Assembly (NCBI GenBank): GCA_041917165.1
Contig: JAYRYB010000002.1
Location: forward strand, 337,327 to 401,326
Length of the DNA: 64,000 nt
Reading direction: 5' to 3'
Source of the DNA: Azonexus sp.
Lineage (GTDB): Bacteria > Pseudomonadota > Gammaproteobacteria > Burkholderiales > Rhodocyclaceae
The position numbers and the translations under genes are program-made. Of this stretch, positions 38,835 to 48,853 are shown one piece after another. Under the pieces are notes generated by a model. It saw only the letters and a program-made list of their open reading frames with translations. It was not told the origin of the DNA and searched no databases. Within the stretch, counting starts at the first letter, position 1; the number at the start of each line of letters is the position of its first letter.

Positions 38835-39296
38835 GCGGGCGTACTTTTTCTTGCTTCGCCAAGAAAAAGTAGCCAAAAAGAAGGCGACCCCCGGGTCGGC
38901 GCCCCGCTGAGCGGGGTTCCTTGTGCTACTCGGGGCGCCGGGCGGCTGGCTAAACTCGCCGCTGCGCGGCTCAGACAACGCCAGCCGAAATCCCCCGTCA
39001 CCCCTGCGTTGCTCAGCGCCTCTCAGGGGGAAGGAAAAGCGTCCTCCGAACGAACGTCTCCGGTGAACCCGAAAAACCGTCGAAAACCGGGTGGTGTGAA
39101 ATGCCGCCTTGGAGACGCCGAGTAACGCAGGCTGGCCGGGGGTAGTCGGCTGGCGTCTGTCCGAGCCGCAGGCGAGTTTAGCCAGCCGCCCGGTCAGTCG
39201 AGTAGCGCAGGGGACCGGGCGAAGCCCGGCGTCGACTCGGCGGTCGCCTTTTCTTTGGCTACTTTCTTTTGGCGAAGCAAAAGAAAGTACGCCCGC
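38835..39296. repeat. Long imperfect inverted repeat (two ~190-bp arms, ~80-bp spacer) with internal hairpins
   Basis: Arm 38835-39027 aligns along its length to the reverse complement of 39107-39296 (e.g. GCGGGCGTACTTT, CCGGGCGGCTGGCTAAACTCGCC). Confidence 0.9.
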
Positions 39297-39367
39297 CGAC
39301 AAGGCGGAACACAGCGGCTTAACAGAACCACCGGCTTGAAAAGACGAGAAAGCCACAGACAACCCCA

Positions 39368-40975
39368 TCACATCCGGAAAATCCCGAACTTCGTCTCCTC
39401 CGCCGGCGCATTCATCGCCGCCGACAGCCCGAGACCAAGCACCCGCCGCGTATCCGCCGGGTCGATAATCCCGTCGTCCCACAGCCGCGCCGAGGCGTAG
39501 TACGGGTGCCCCTGCTGCTCGTACTGTTCGCGGATCGGTGCCTTAAAAGCGTCTTCTTCCTCGGTGCTCCAGGTCTTGCCGCTGGCCTCGATGCCGTCGC
39601 GCTTGACGGTGGCCAGCACGCCGGCCGCCTGTTCGCCGCCCATCACCGAGATGCGCGAGTTCGGCCACATCCACATCAGGCGTGGCGAGTAGGCGCGGCC
39701 GCACATGCCGTAGTTGCCGGCGCCGAAGCTGCCGCCGATGACGACGGTGAATTTCGGCACCTTGGCAGTGGCGACGGCGGTCACCATCTTGGCGCCGTCG
39801 CGGGCGATGCCCCCGTTTTCGTACTTCTTGCCGACCATGAAGCCGGTGATGTTCTGCAGGAAGACGAGCGGAATGCCGCGTTGGGCACAGAGCTCGATGA
39901 AGTGGGCGCCTTTTTGTGCCGATTCGCTAAACAAGATGCCGTTATTGGCGACAATGCCCACTGGATAGCCGTAGACGCGCGCAAAGCCGCAGACCAGCGT
40001 ATTGCCGTAGCGAGCCTTGAATTCGTCGAAGTCAGAGCCGTCGACGATGCGGGCGATGATTTCGCGGACGTCGAAGGGTTTCTTCGAGTCGGTCGGGATC
40101 ACGCCGTAGAGTTCTTCGGCGGCGTACAGCGGCTCGACCGGGGCGGTCAGGCTGACCGGTGGCTGCTTCTGCCAGTTGAGATCCTTGACGATGCGGCGGG
40201 CGATGGCCAGCGCATGGGCATCGTTCTCGGCCAGATGGTCGGCGACACCCGAAATGCGCGTATGGACGTCGGCGCCGCCGAGGTCTTCGGCGCTGACCAC
40301 TTCACCGGTCGCCGCCTTCACCAGCGGCGGGCCGCCGAGGAAGATGGTGCCCTGGTTCTTGACGATGATCGACTCGTCGCACATCGCCGGCACGTAGGCG
40401 CCACCGGCTGTGCACGAGCCCATCACCGCGGCGATCTGCGGGATGCCCTTGGCCGAGAGGTTGGCCTGATTGAAGAAGATTCGGCCGAAGTGCTCCTTGT
40501 CCGGGAAGACCTCGTCCTGCATCGGCAGGAAGGCGCCGCCGGAATCGACGAGATAAACGCAGGGCAGGCGGTTTTCCAGTGCGATTTCCTGCGCGCGCAG
40601 GTGCTTTTTCACCGTCAGCGGGTAGTAGGTGCCGCCTTTGACCGTCGCATCGTTGGCCACCACCATGCACTCGACGCCATGGACGCGGCCAATGCCGGCA
40701 ATCACCGAAGCCGCCGGCACATCGCCGCCGTACATCCCATAAGCCGCGAATTGTCCTATCTCGAGGAAGGGGGTGCCGGGATCGAGCAGGCCGTTGACCC
40801 GCTCGCGTGGCAGTAGCTTGCCGCGCGCCAGATGCTTTTGACGTGCCGCTTCCGGGCCGCCGAGGGCGATTTTCTCGACTTTCTCGTGCAGGTCGTCGAC
40901 CAGTGTCCGCATCGCTGCCGCATTGGCCTGGAAATCCGCGCCACGCGGATTGAGTTGTGATTTCAGGGTAGTCAT
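39368..40975 (-). CDS. liuB: 3-methylcrotonyl-CoA carboxylase beta subunit
   Basis: [50 protein letters not shown]. Confidence 0.95.
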   Translation of the reverse strand: MTTLKSQLNPRGADFQANAAAMRTLVDDLHEKVEKIALGGPEAARQKHLARGKLLPRERVNGLLDPGTPFLEIGQFAAYGMYGGDVPAASVIAGIGRVHGVECMVVANDATVKGGTYYPLTVKKHLRAQEIALENRLPCVYLVDSGGAFLPMQDEVFPDKEHFGRIFFNQANLSAKGIPQIAAVMGSCTAGGAYVPAMCDESIIVKNQGTIFLGGPPLVKAATGEVVSAEDLGGADVHTRISGVADHLAENDAHALAIARRIVKDLNWQKQPPVSLTAPVEPLYAAEELYGVIPTDSKKPFDVREIIARIVDGSDFDEFKARYGNTLVCGFARVYGYPVGIVANNGILFSESAQKGAHFIELCAQRGIPLVFLQNITGFMVGKKYENGGIARDGAKMVTAVATAKVPKFTVVIGGSFGAGNYGMCGRAYSPRLMWMWPNSRISVMGGEQAAGVLATVKRDGIEASGKTWSTEEEDAFKAPIREQYEQQGHPYYASARLWDDGIIDPADTRRVLGLGLSAAMNAPAEETKFGIFRM

Positions 40976-41035
40976 GTCTCCTCGCTTTTTTGCTTGTGTT
41001 TGTCCTGAATGAATCGCGTGTGTGTCGCTATGCCG

Positions 41036-41635
<600 letters not shown>

Positions 41636-41642
41636 GGCGCGC

Positions 41643-42260
41643 TCAGAATCCACCCGTTTCCAGCCAACGCTCAATCTGCGGCAGGCGGTCGGCGCCGAAG
41701 AAGTGTTCGCCATCGACGATCACGTGCGGCGAGCCAAAGACACCGGCGGTCAGCGCCTGCTCGCATTCGTCCTTGAGCCGGGCCTTGATCTCGGGCGTCT
41801 GCAGCGCGGTTTCGAGGCTGCTGCGGTCAACACCAATTTTTGCCGCAATATCGAGGACGGTTTCCGGCGATGAAATGTCGAGATCGTCCACGAAAAAGCC
41901 GCGATAAACCGCCTGGGCGAAACGACGGGCCAGCGCGCAGTCCTGGCCGTGCAGCCAGTAGTAGGCGCGGGCGGCGTTCTGCGTCGGCAGCGGGAAGCGG
42001 CTGGGCGGGTTGTAGGGCACGCCCATGAAACGCGCTGAACGGTGGAAGTCGTTGTAGACGTACTTCGCCTTCGGGCTGTTGCCCTCGACCGGCGGGCGGC
42101 TGCCGGTGGCCTGGAAGATGACACCGAGCAGAATGGGGTGCCAGCGCACCTTGCGGCCATGCTTTGCCGCGACCTCGTCAATCTTCTTCGCGAGCAGGTA
42201 GCCGTAGGGGCTGGAAAAATCGAACCAGAAGTCGATGGGGGCTTTTTCGATATCGGTCAT
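41643..42260 (-). CDS. 2-hydroxychromene-2-carboxylate isomerase / kappa-GST family protein
   Basis: FWFDFSSPYGY, GVFGSP, FFGADRL. Confidence 0.88.
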   Translation of the reverse strand: MTDIEKAPIDFWFDFSSPYGYLLAKKIDEVAAKHGRKVRWHPILLGVIFQATGSRPPVEGNSPKAKYVYNDFHRSARFMGVPYNPPSRFPLPTQNAARAYYWLHGQDCALARRFAQAVYRGFFVDDLDISSPETVLDIAAKIGVDRSSLETALQTPEIKARLKDECEQALTAGVFGSPHVIVDGEHFFGADRLPQIERWLETGGF

Positions 42261-42336
42261 AGTTGTCTCCTCGTTGGCGGCAGTTCCCGGAAAAGAGTCC
42301 ATTTTGGGCGATTTTCCGGGTTGACCGCAGATGCCC

Positions 42337-43473
42337 TTATTCAGCAGCGATGGAACGTCCGATTACCAGACGCTGGATGTCGTTGGCGCCTTCGTAGATC
42401 TGGGTGATGCGTACGTCGCGGGCGATGCGTTCGACCGCCGTTTCATCGGTATAGCCGCAGCCGCCATGAATCTGGATGGCATCGGAACACACCTTCTCGG
42501 CCATCTCGGACGCGTACATCTTGGCCATCGAGGCTTCGACCAGGCAGGGTTTGCCGGCATCCTTGAGGGTGGCGGCGCGCCAGACCATCAGGCGGGCAGC
42601 GTCGATCCGGGTGGCCATGTCGGCCAAGCGGAAATTGACGGCCTGATGTTCGATGATCGGCACGCCGAAGGTGACGCGCTCCTTGGCGTAGGCGACAGCC
42701 GCCTCGAAGGCGGCGCGAGCCATGCCGACCGACTGGGCGGCGATGCCGATGCGTCCGGCTTCCAGATTGGAGAGGGCGATCTTGTAGCCTTCGCCTTCCT
42801 TGCCGAGCAAGGCCGACGCGGGAATGCGGCAGTCCTCGAAGACGATCTGGGCGGTGTCTGAGGCGTGCTGGCCCATCTTGCGCTCGATGCGGGCGACCTT
42901 GTAGCCCGGTGTCGCGGTCGGCACCAGGAAGCAGGAGATGCCCTTCTTGCCGGCTGCCTTGTCGGTGACGGCGAAGACGATGGCGACATCGGCGTGGCTA
43001 CCGGTGGTGATGTAGTGCTTGACGCCATTCAGTATGAAATGGTCGCCGTCACGGTCGGCGCGGGTGGTGATGGCGGATGCGTCGGAGCCGGTGTGCGGCT
43101 CGGTCAGGCAGAAGCAGCCGAGCTTTTCGCCTCGGGCCAGCGGCTTGAGCCATTCTTCCTTCTGGGCGTCGGTACCGTACTTTTGCGTAATGCCGCAGGC
43201 CAGCGAGTTCTGCACCGAGACGATGGTCGAGGTGGCACCATCGCCGGCGGCGATTTCTTCCAGCGTTAGCACCAGCGACATGTAGTCCATGCCGGCGCCG
43301 TCCCATTCTTCCGGCACGACCATACCCATGGCGCCCAGTTCGCCGAGCTCCTTCAGCGCTTCGGCCGGGAAGGTATGGTTGCGATCCCATTCGGCGGCGA
43401 AGGGGGCAAGGCGCTCCTGTGCGAAGGCACGCATCGAGTCGCGGATCATTTCCTGTTCTTGCGTCAGAATCAT
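42337..43473 (-). CDS. Acyl-CoA dehydrogenase (short/branched chain)
   Basis: FCLTEPHTGSDA, GRIGIAAQ, QIHGG.GY, QIYEGANDIQR. Confidence 0.93.
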   Translation of the reverse strand: MILTQEQEMIRDSMRAFAQERLAPFAAEWDRNHTFPAEALKELGELGAMGMVVPEEWDGAGMDYMSLVLTLEEIAAGDGATSTIVSVQNSLACGITQKYGTDAQKEEWLKPLARGEKLGCFCLTEPHTGSDASAITTRADRDGDHFILNGVKHYITTGSHADVAIVFAVTDKAAGKKGISCFLVPTATPGYKVARIERKMGQHASDTAQIVFEDCRIPASALLGKEGEGYKIALSNLEAGRIGIAAQSVGMARAAFEAAVAYAKERVTFGVPIIEHQAVNFRLADMATRIDAARLMVWRAATLKDAGKPCLVEASMAKMYASEMAEKVCSDAIQIHGGCGYTDETAVERIARDVRITQIYEGANDIQRLVIGRSIAAE

Positions 43474-44381
43474 GCTGTTTTCTCCAGAGTTGTTTTTTGT
43501 AGGGTGGCCAGCGTGACGCCGGCAATGACCAGCAGGCCGCCGAAAAGTACGGGTAGGCCGAGGCGTTCATCGAGCAGCACGGCCGCTTGCAGCACGGCGA
43601 ACACCGGTACCAGATTGATGAACACCGAGGCATGGCCGGCGCCAAGGCGCTGCACGGCGGCGGTGAACCAGGTGTAGGCGATGGCGGTACCGAAAATGGC
43701 AAGGAAGCTCATCCCGGCCCATACCCGCCACGACCACGCCTGCGGGTGGATGTCGCCTTGCACCAAGGCCGCCAGCCCGAGCAGGATGGCGCCGGTGAAA
43801 GAGGCGTAGAGCGTAGTCGCCAGCGCCGAGAAATGGCCGGTCGCCTGCCAGCCGATGAAGGTATAGGCTGCCCAGCTTATGACGCAGCCGATGATCAGCC
43901 ATTCGCCCAGTCCGACCGAGCCTTGCAGCAGGGCGAGCGGGTCACCATTGCCGATGACGGTCAGGCAGCCAATGAAGGCGATCAGGCTGCCAATGGCCTT
44001 TTTCAGCGTCATCCGCTCCTTGCCGAGTAGCCAGGCGAGGACGACGATGACCACCGGGTTGAGCGCGACGACCAGCGCGCCGCGCCCGGCGGGGATGCGT
44101 TGCAGCCCGAAAAAGAAGCACAGGCCGTAGAGAAAGATGCCGAAAAACCCGAGCGCCCAGACCAGCGACCATTCCTGACGCCCATGCGGCAGCGGGATGC
44201 CGCCTTCAGAAGCGAGCATGACACCGGCGACGACCAGACCGGCGAGCACGAAGCGCAGCGAGGCGACGGCGAGCGGCGCCGTCAGCTCCTGCGCAATGAC
44301 GCGCCCGGCGATCCAGGTGCCGCCCCACATGGCCATGGCTGTCACCAGTTTGACGTAAGTGAGCGTTCGGGTTTCGCTCAA
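43470..44381 (-). CDS. DMT/EamA family transporter
   Basis: WGGTW, ten hydrophobic helices in two repeats, FINLVPV, LLDE. Confidence 0.88.
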   Translation of the reverse strand: MSETRTLTYVKLVTAMAMWGGTWIAGRVIAQELTAPLAVASLRFVLAGLVVAGVMLASEGGIPLPHGRQEWSLVWALGFFGIFLYGLCFFFGLQRIPAGRGALVVALNPVVIVVLAWLLGKERMTLKKAIGSLIAFIGCLTVIGNGDPLALLQGSVGLGEWLIIGCVISWAAYTFIGWQATGHFSALATTLYASFTGAILLGLAALVQGDIHPQAWSWRVWAGMSFLAIFGTAIAYTWFTAAVQRLGAGHASVFINLVPVFAVLQAAVLLDERLGLPVLFGGLLVIAGVTLATLQKTTLEKTA

Positions 44382-45572
44382 TTAGAGCATCTCGACGGCC
44401 AGTGCCGTCGCCTCGCCGCCGCCGATGCACAGCGAGGCGATGCCGCGCTTGCCGCCGCGGGCCTTGAGGGCGCCGAGCAGGGTGACGAGGATGCGGGCGC
44501 CGGAAGCACCGATCGGGTGGCCGAGCGCACAGGCACCACCATTGACGTTGACCTTGGCCGGGTCGAGCTTCATGTCATGCATGCCGGCCATGGTGACAAC
44601 GGCAAAGGCTTCGTTGATTTCCCACAGATCGACGTCATCGGTCGTCCAGCCGGCCTTGGCCAGCATCTTCTGCATCGCGCCGACCGGTGCGGTCGGGAAC
44701 AGGGCCGGGGTGTGGGCGTTGGTGGTGTGGCCGACGATCTTTGCAATCGGCTTGAGGCCGAGTTCGGCCGCCTTGGAGGCGCGCATCAGCACCAGCGCGG
44801 CGGCGCCGTCGGAGATCGACGACGAGTTGGCCGGAGTGACCGTGCCATCCTTGCGGAAAGCCGGCTTCAAAGTGGGGATCTTTTCCACGTTGACCGTGAA
44901 CGGGCCTTCGTCCTTGCTGACCACGACGTCACCCTTCTTGCCGCTGACGGTGACCGGGGCGATTTCCCAGTCGAAGGCACCGCTGTTCGAGGCGTCGATG
45001 GCGCGGGTGGTCGAGCGGATGGCGAATTCGTCCTGAGCTTCGCGGGTGAAGTTGTAGCTGGTGGCGCAGTCTTCGGCAAAGGTGCCCATCAGGCGGCCCT
45101 TGGTTTCCTTGGAGTAGGAATCTTCCAGTCCGTCAAAGAACATGTGGTCGAGCATCTGACCGTGGCCGAGGCGGTAGCCGCCGCGGGCCTTGGGCAGCAT
45201 GTAGGGGGCGTTGGTCATCGATTCCATGCCGCCGACGACGGTGATCGCCGACGAGCCGGCGAGGATGCCGTCGTGGCCGACCATGGTCGCCTTCATGCCG
45301 GAACCGCAGACCTTGCTGATCATGGCGCAACCAGCCGATAGCGGCAGACCGGCTTGCAGCGCGGCCTGGCGGACCGGCGCCTGGCCGAGGCCGGCCGGCA
45401 GAACACAGCCGAACAGGACCTCTTCGACCAGCTCCGGCGCGATGCCGGCGCGCTCGACGGCGGTCTTGATAGCGACGGCACCGAGCTGCGGCGCCGTCAG
45501 GCTGCCGAAGACGCCCTGAAAGGCGCCCATCGGGGTGCGGACGGCGGAAACGATAACGATCGGGTCATTCAT
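44382..45572 (-). CDS. Acetyl-CoA C-acyltransferase (thiolase)
   Basis: KVCGSGM, EINEAFA, GHPIGASG, LCIGGG. Confidence 0.95.
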   Translation of the reverse strand: MNDPIVIVSAVRTPMGAFQGVFGSLTAPQLGAVAIKTAVERAGIAPELVEEVLFGCVLPAGLGQAPVRQAALQAGLPLSAGCAMISKVCGSGMKATMVGHDGILAGSSAITVVGGMESMTNAPYMLPKARGGYRLGHGQMLDHMFFDGLEDSYSKETKGRLMGTFAEDCATSYNFTREAQDEFAIRSTTRAIDASNSGAFDWEIAPVTVSGKKGDVVVSKDEGPFTVNVEKIPTLKPAFRKDGTVTPANSSSISDGAAALVLMRASKAAELGLKPIAKIVGHTTNAHTPALFPTAPVGAMQKMLAKAGWTTDDVDLWEINEAFAVVTMAGMHDMKLDPAKVNVNGGACALGHPIGASGARILVTLLGALKARGGKRGIASLCIGGGEATALAVEML

Positions 45573-45611
45573 GCTGTGTTCTCCTTGACGGTTTTTTATG
45601 GGTAAATCGGT

Positions 45612-46760
45612 TCAGGCCTCAAGTGCCTTCAGTGCCGCGTCGTAGCGCACCGAAGCGTCGGCCGGGCAGTCGATGGTGATGCCGAGGTCGTGCATCAGGC
45701 CGTCCTTCAGGCCGTAGATCCAGCCGTGGATGGTCAGGTCCTGACCACGGTCCCAGGCATCCTTGATCACCGGCGTGTTGGACAGGCTGACCACCTGCTC
45801 GAGGACGTTCAGTTCGCACAGGCGGTCGTGCTGCAGTGCGACCGGCAGGCTATCCACCTGCGTGCGGTGCTTTTCATGGACGCGCTGCACGTTGTCGAGC
45901 CAGAAATCGACGATGCCGACACGGGTCTTGTTCAGTGCGGCGAGCACGCCGCCGCAGCCATAGTGGCCAACGACCATGATGTGCTTCACCTTGAGGACAT
46001 CGACTGCGTACTGGATGACCGACAGGCAGTTGAGGTCGGTGTGCAAAACGAGGTTGGCGACGTTGCGGTGGACGAAGACCTCGCCCGGCAACAGGCCGAC
46101 GATTTCATTGGCCGGAACGCGTGAGTCGGAGCAGCCGATCCACAGCAATTCGGGGGTTTGCAGCTTGGCCAGGCGGTTGAAGTAATCGGCATCGACTTCC
46201 TGCATCTTGCGCGCCCAGGCGCGGTTGAAATCGAACAGATGCGACAGGTTTTCGCTGCGCACTTCCTCCTCCGACCAGTTTTCGAGGTCGAGCGCGAGGA
46301 ACATCGTGCCTTCGATCGGCGTCTGGTAGTAGGCCGGGGCCTCGTTGAAGCCGAGCTCGCGGTAGAGCTTCACCGCCATGCGCATGTTCGGCAGGGTGTC
46401 GAGCATCAGCTTCTTGTAGCCGATCTCCTTGGCCGCCTTGATCGCCGCCATCGCCAGCGCGGCGCCGACACCCTGACCACGGGCTTCCGGCGCGACATAC
46501 AGGCGCTTCATCTCGCACAGCCCTTCGCTGTCAGGCAGCGGGCGCACGCCCACGCAACCGGCCGGCTGACCGTCGATTTCGGCAAAGAACAGCCGTCCCT
46601 GCGGGGCCGCATAGGCGCCGGGCAGCGAAGCCATTTCCTGGTCGAAATTCTGGTAAGACAGGTCGACGCCCAGCCAGGCCGCGTAGTTGCGGAAATACTG
46701 GCGAACCTGCTCAAGGGCTTCGCTGTCTTCGGCGGTGAGGGTGCGTAGGGTGATGGTCAT
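45612..46760 (-). CDS. GNAT acetyltransferase fused to beta-carbonic anhydrase
   Basis: N-terminal EMKRLYV..RGQGVG..LY.ELGF; C-terminal WIGCSDSRV, HRNVAN, HYGCGG in one uninterrupted frame. Confidence 0.9.
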   Translation of the reverse strand: MTITLRTLTAEDSEALEQVRQYFRNYAAWLGVDLSYQNFDQEMASLPGAYAAPQGRLFFAEIDGQPAGCVGVRPLPDSEGLCEMKRLYVAPEARGQGVGAALAMAAIKAAKEIGYKKLMLDTLPNMRMAVKLYRELGFNEAPAYYQTPIEGTMFLALDLENWSEEEVRSENLSHLFDFNRAWARKMQEVDADYFNRLAKLQTPELLWIGCSDSRVPANEIVGLLPGEVFVHRNVANLVLHTDLNCLSVIQYAVDVLKVKHIMVVGHYGCGGVLAALNKTRVGIVDFWLDNVQRVHEKHRTQVDSLPVALQHDRLCELNVLEQVVSLSNTPVIKDAWDRGQDLTIHGWIYGLKDGLMHDLGITIDCPADASVRYDAALKALEA

Positions 46761-46867
46761 GAATCGGAGGCTCCTGGTAGCGGCAGCAGCGGGTAGGCTG
46801 CTGCGGGTTGCGGGGTTTGCGCGTGTGGCGCGACCCCCGCATTCTACCTGTGCCGGTAATTATGAAT

Positions 46868-48040
46868 TCAGCGTGTCTCCGCCATCAGTTCGCGGCCGAT
46901 CAGCATGCGGCGGATCTCGCTGGTACCGGCGCCGATCTCGTACAGCTTGGCGTCGCGCCAGAGGCGGCCGGTGGCGTACTCGTTGGTGTAACCGACGCCG
47001 CCCAGCGTCTGGATCGCTTCGCCGGCCATCCAGGTCGCCTTTTCGGCGGAGTAGAGGATGGCGCCAGCGGCATCCTTGCGTAGCGTGCGGGCATGGTCGG
47101 CGTTGTCACAGGCGCGGCCCAGCGCGTATACATAGGCACGGTTGGCCATCCAGGTCGAGTACATGTCCGCGACCTTGCCCTGCATCAGCTGGAATTCGCC
47201 GATCGACTGGCCGAACTGCTTGCGCTCGTGCAGGTAGGGCACGACAATGTCCATGCACGCCGCCATGATGCCGAGCGGGCCGCCGCAGAGCACGGCGCGT
47301 TCGTAGTCGAGGCCGGACATCAGCACCTTGGTACCGTTGCCGACGCCGCCAAGGACGTTTTCTTCCGGGACTTCGCAATCGTCGAAGAAGAGCGGGAAGG
47401 TGTTGGAGCCGCGCATGCCCAGCTTGTCGAGGTGAGTGCCGTGCGAGAAGCCCTTCATGCCCTTTTCGACGATGAAAGCGGTCATGCCCTTGGCGCCGGC
47501 CTCCGGGTCGGTCTTGGCGTAGACGACCAGCGTGTCGGCGTCGCCGCCGTTGGTGATCCACATCTTGGCGCCGTTGAGCACGTAGCGGTCGCCTTTCTTC
47601 TCGGCCTTGAGCTTCATCGACACGACGTCGGAACCGGCGTTCGGTTCGGACATCGCCAGCGCGCCGACGTGGTCACCGGAAATCAGCTTGGGCAGGTATT
47701 TCTGCTTTTGCGCTTCGCTGCCGTTGCGGCGGATCTGATTGACGCACAGGTTGGAGTGGGCGCCGTAGGAGAGGCCGACCGAAGCCGAGGCGCGGGAGAT
47801 TTCTTCCAGCGCGACGATGTGGGCGAGATAGCCCATGTTGGTGCCGCCGTATTCTTCACCGGCGGTCATGCCGAGCAGGCCCATGTCGCCAAATTTCTTC
47901 CACAGGTCAGCCGGGAATTCATTGACGCGGTCGATTTCCGCGGCGCGCGGGGCGATCTCGGCGTCGGCAAAGGCCTTCACCGCATCGCGCAGCATGTTGA
48001 TGTCTTCGCCGAGGCCGAAGTCGAGGCTGGGAATGTTCAT
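46868..48040 (-). CDS. liuA: Isovaleryl-CoA dehydrogenase
   Basis: [38 protein letters not shown]. Confidence 0.95.
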   Translation of the reverse strand: MNIPSLDFGLGEDINMLRDAVKAFADAEIAPRAAEIDRVNEFPADLWKKFGDMGLLGMTAGEEYGGTNMGYLAHIVALEEISRASASVGLSYGAHSNLCVNQIRRNGSEAQKQKYLPKLISGDHVGALAMSEPNAGSDVVSMKLKAEKKGDRYVLNGAKMWITNGGDADTLVVYAKTDPEAGAKGMTAFIVEKGMKGFSHGTHLDKLGMRGSNTFPLFFDDCEVPEENVLGGVGNGTKVLMSGLDYERAVLCGGPLGIMAACMDIVVPYLHERKQFGQSIGEFQLMQGKVADMYSTWMANRAYVYALGRACDNADHARTLRKDAAGAILYSAEKATWMAGEAIQTLGGVGYTNEYATGRLWRDAKLYEIGAGTSEIRRMLIGRELMAETR

Positions 48041-48120
48041 GTGGTTGTCTCCGTATTGTTGATATGTTCGATGCTTGGACGGCAGCCGCGAAGGCGGCCA
48101 TCCAATGGGTGATTTTTTGG

Positions 48121-48594
48121 CTATTTTTCGGGTTCTCCGCGGGTGGCCGTTTTCGGCTTCTCGCTGCGGGTGACGGTCATGATGGTCTGCTGCATCAGGG
48201 CGCACAAGCTTTCCTTGCCATCCTTCAGGGCAAAGACCTCGGCCTGGGTGACGATCAGTGTTTTGCCCGGACGCACGACCTTGCCGCGGGCGATCAGCTT
48301 CTCGCCATCAGCAGGGGCGACCAGATTCATCTTGTATTCGACCGTCAGCACCGAGGCTTCTGCCGGCACCACGGTCATCGCCGCGTAGCCGGCGGCCGAG
48401 TCGGCAATCATGCCGACCACACCGCCATGCACGAAGCCGTGCTGCTGCTCGATGCCGTCCCAGTGCGGAACATGGATTTCGGTACGTCCAGCCTCGACCA
48501 GCGGCAGCGTAGCGCGGATCAGCGTCATCGCGTGCTGCAGCGCAAAGCTGGCGCGGACGCGGTCGGCAAATTGCGGGTCGCAGGTGCGGGTCAT
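48121..48594 (-). CDS. PaaI family thioesterase
   Basis: QQHGFVHGG...[15 protein letters not shown]. Confidence 0.9.
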   Translation of the reverse strand: MTRTCDPQFADRVRASFALQHAMTLIRATLPLVEAGRTEIHVPHWDGIEQQHGFVHGGVVGMIADSAAGYAAMTVVPAEASVLTVEYKMNLVAPADGEKLIARGKVVRPGKTLIVTQAEVFALKDGKESLCALMQQTIMTVTRSEKPKTATRGEPEK

Positions 48595-48629
48595 GGGAGG
48601 CTCGTCGAAGTGCAAGTGGTGTGATTGTA

Positions 48630-48652
48630 TTGACGTTTACGTTAACGTCAAC
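48630..48652. promoter_or_regulatory. LiuR operator overlapping the liu operon promoter
   Basis: GTTTACGTTAACGTCAAC matches sTTTACGTwwACGTAAAs; minus-strand TTGACG-16 bp-TACAAT overlaps it. Confidence 0.85.
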
Positions 48653-48763
48653 TATCTGCGAAAAATCGTCGGCGCGGCTTGTCAACTTACGGTCAGGATT
48701 CGCGGATAGAGTGGCTCTGCGGCCTTCTGCCGCCCATCTTCAACACCCTCGGGGAGACGCAAA

Positions 48764-48790
48764 ATGGCCAAGCGCAAAAAGAAGAAGTAA
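48764..48790 (+). CDS. Putative leader peptide MAKRKKKK
   Basis: GGGGAG 7 nt upstream of ATG GCC AAG CGC AAA AAG AAG AAG TAA. Confidence 0.55.
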   Translation: MAKRKKKK

Positions 48791-48811
48791 TCGACAACCC
48801 AACCCAATACG

Positions 48812-48843
48812 AAAAGCAGGCGAAAGTCTGCTTTTTTTGTTTT
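48812..48843 (+). terminator. Terminator/attenuator upstream of the ABC-like gene
   Basis: AAAAGCAGGC-GAAA-GTCTGCTTTT followed by a T-rich tract ending 10 nt before ATG 48854. Confidence 0.8.
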
Positions 48844-48853
48844 CAGCCTGGCC

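Noticed and set aside
38699-39500. ORFs across the inverted repeat (e.g. SPFLWLLSFGEAKES, FFLATFSWRSKKK)
   Set aside because: Translations of the palindromic repeat in several frames, without RBS or protein-like features
36491-40816. Long antisense ORFs (532 aa, 436 aa and similar elsewhere, e.g. 4839-6410)
   Set aside because: Shadow frames of well-supported genes, expected from GC-rich codon bias
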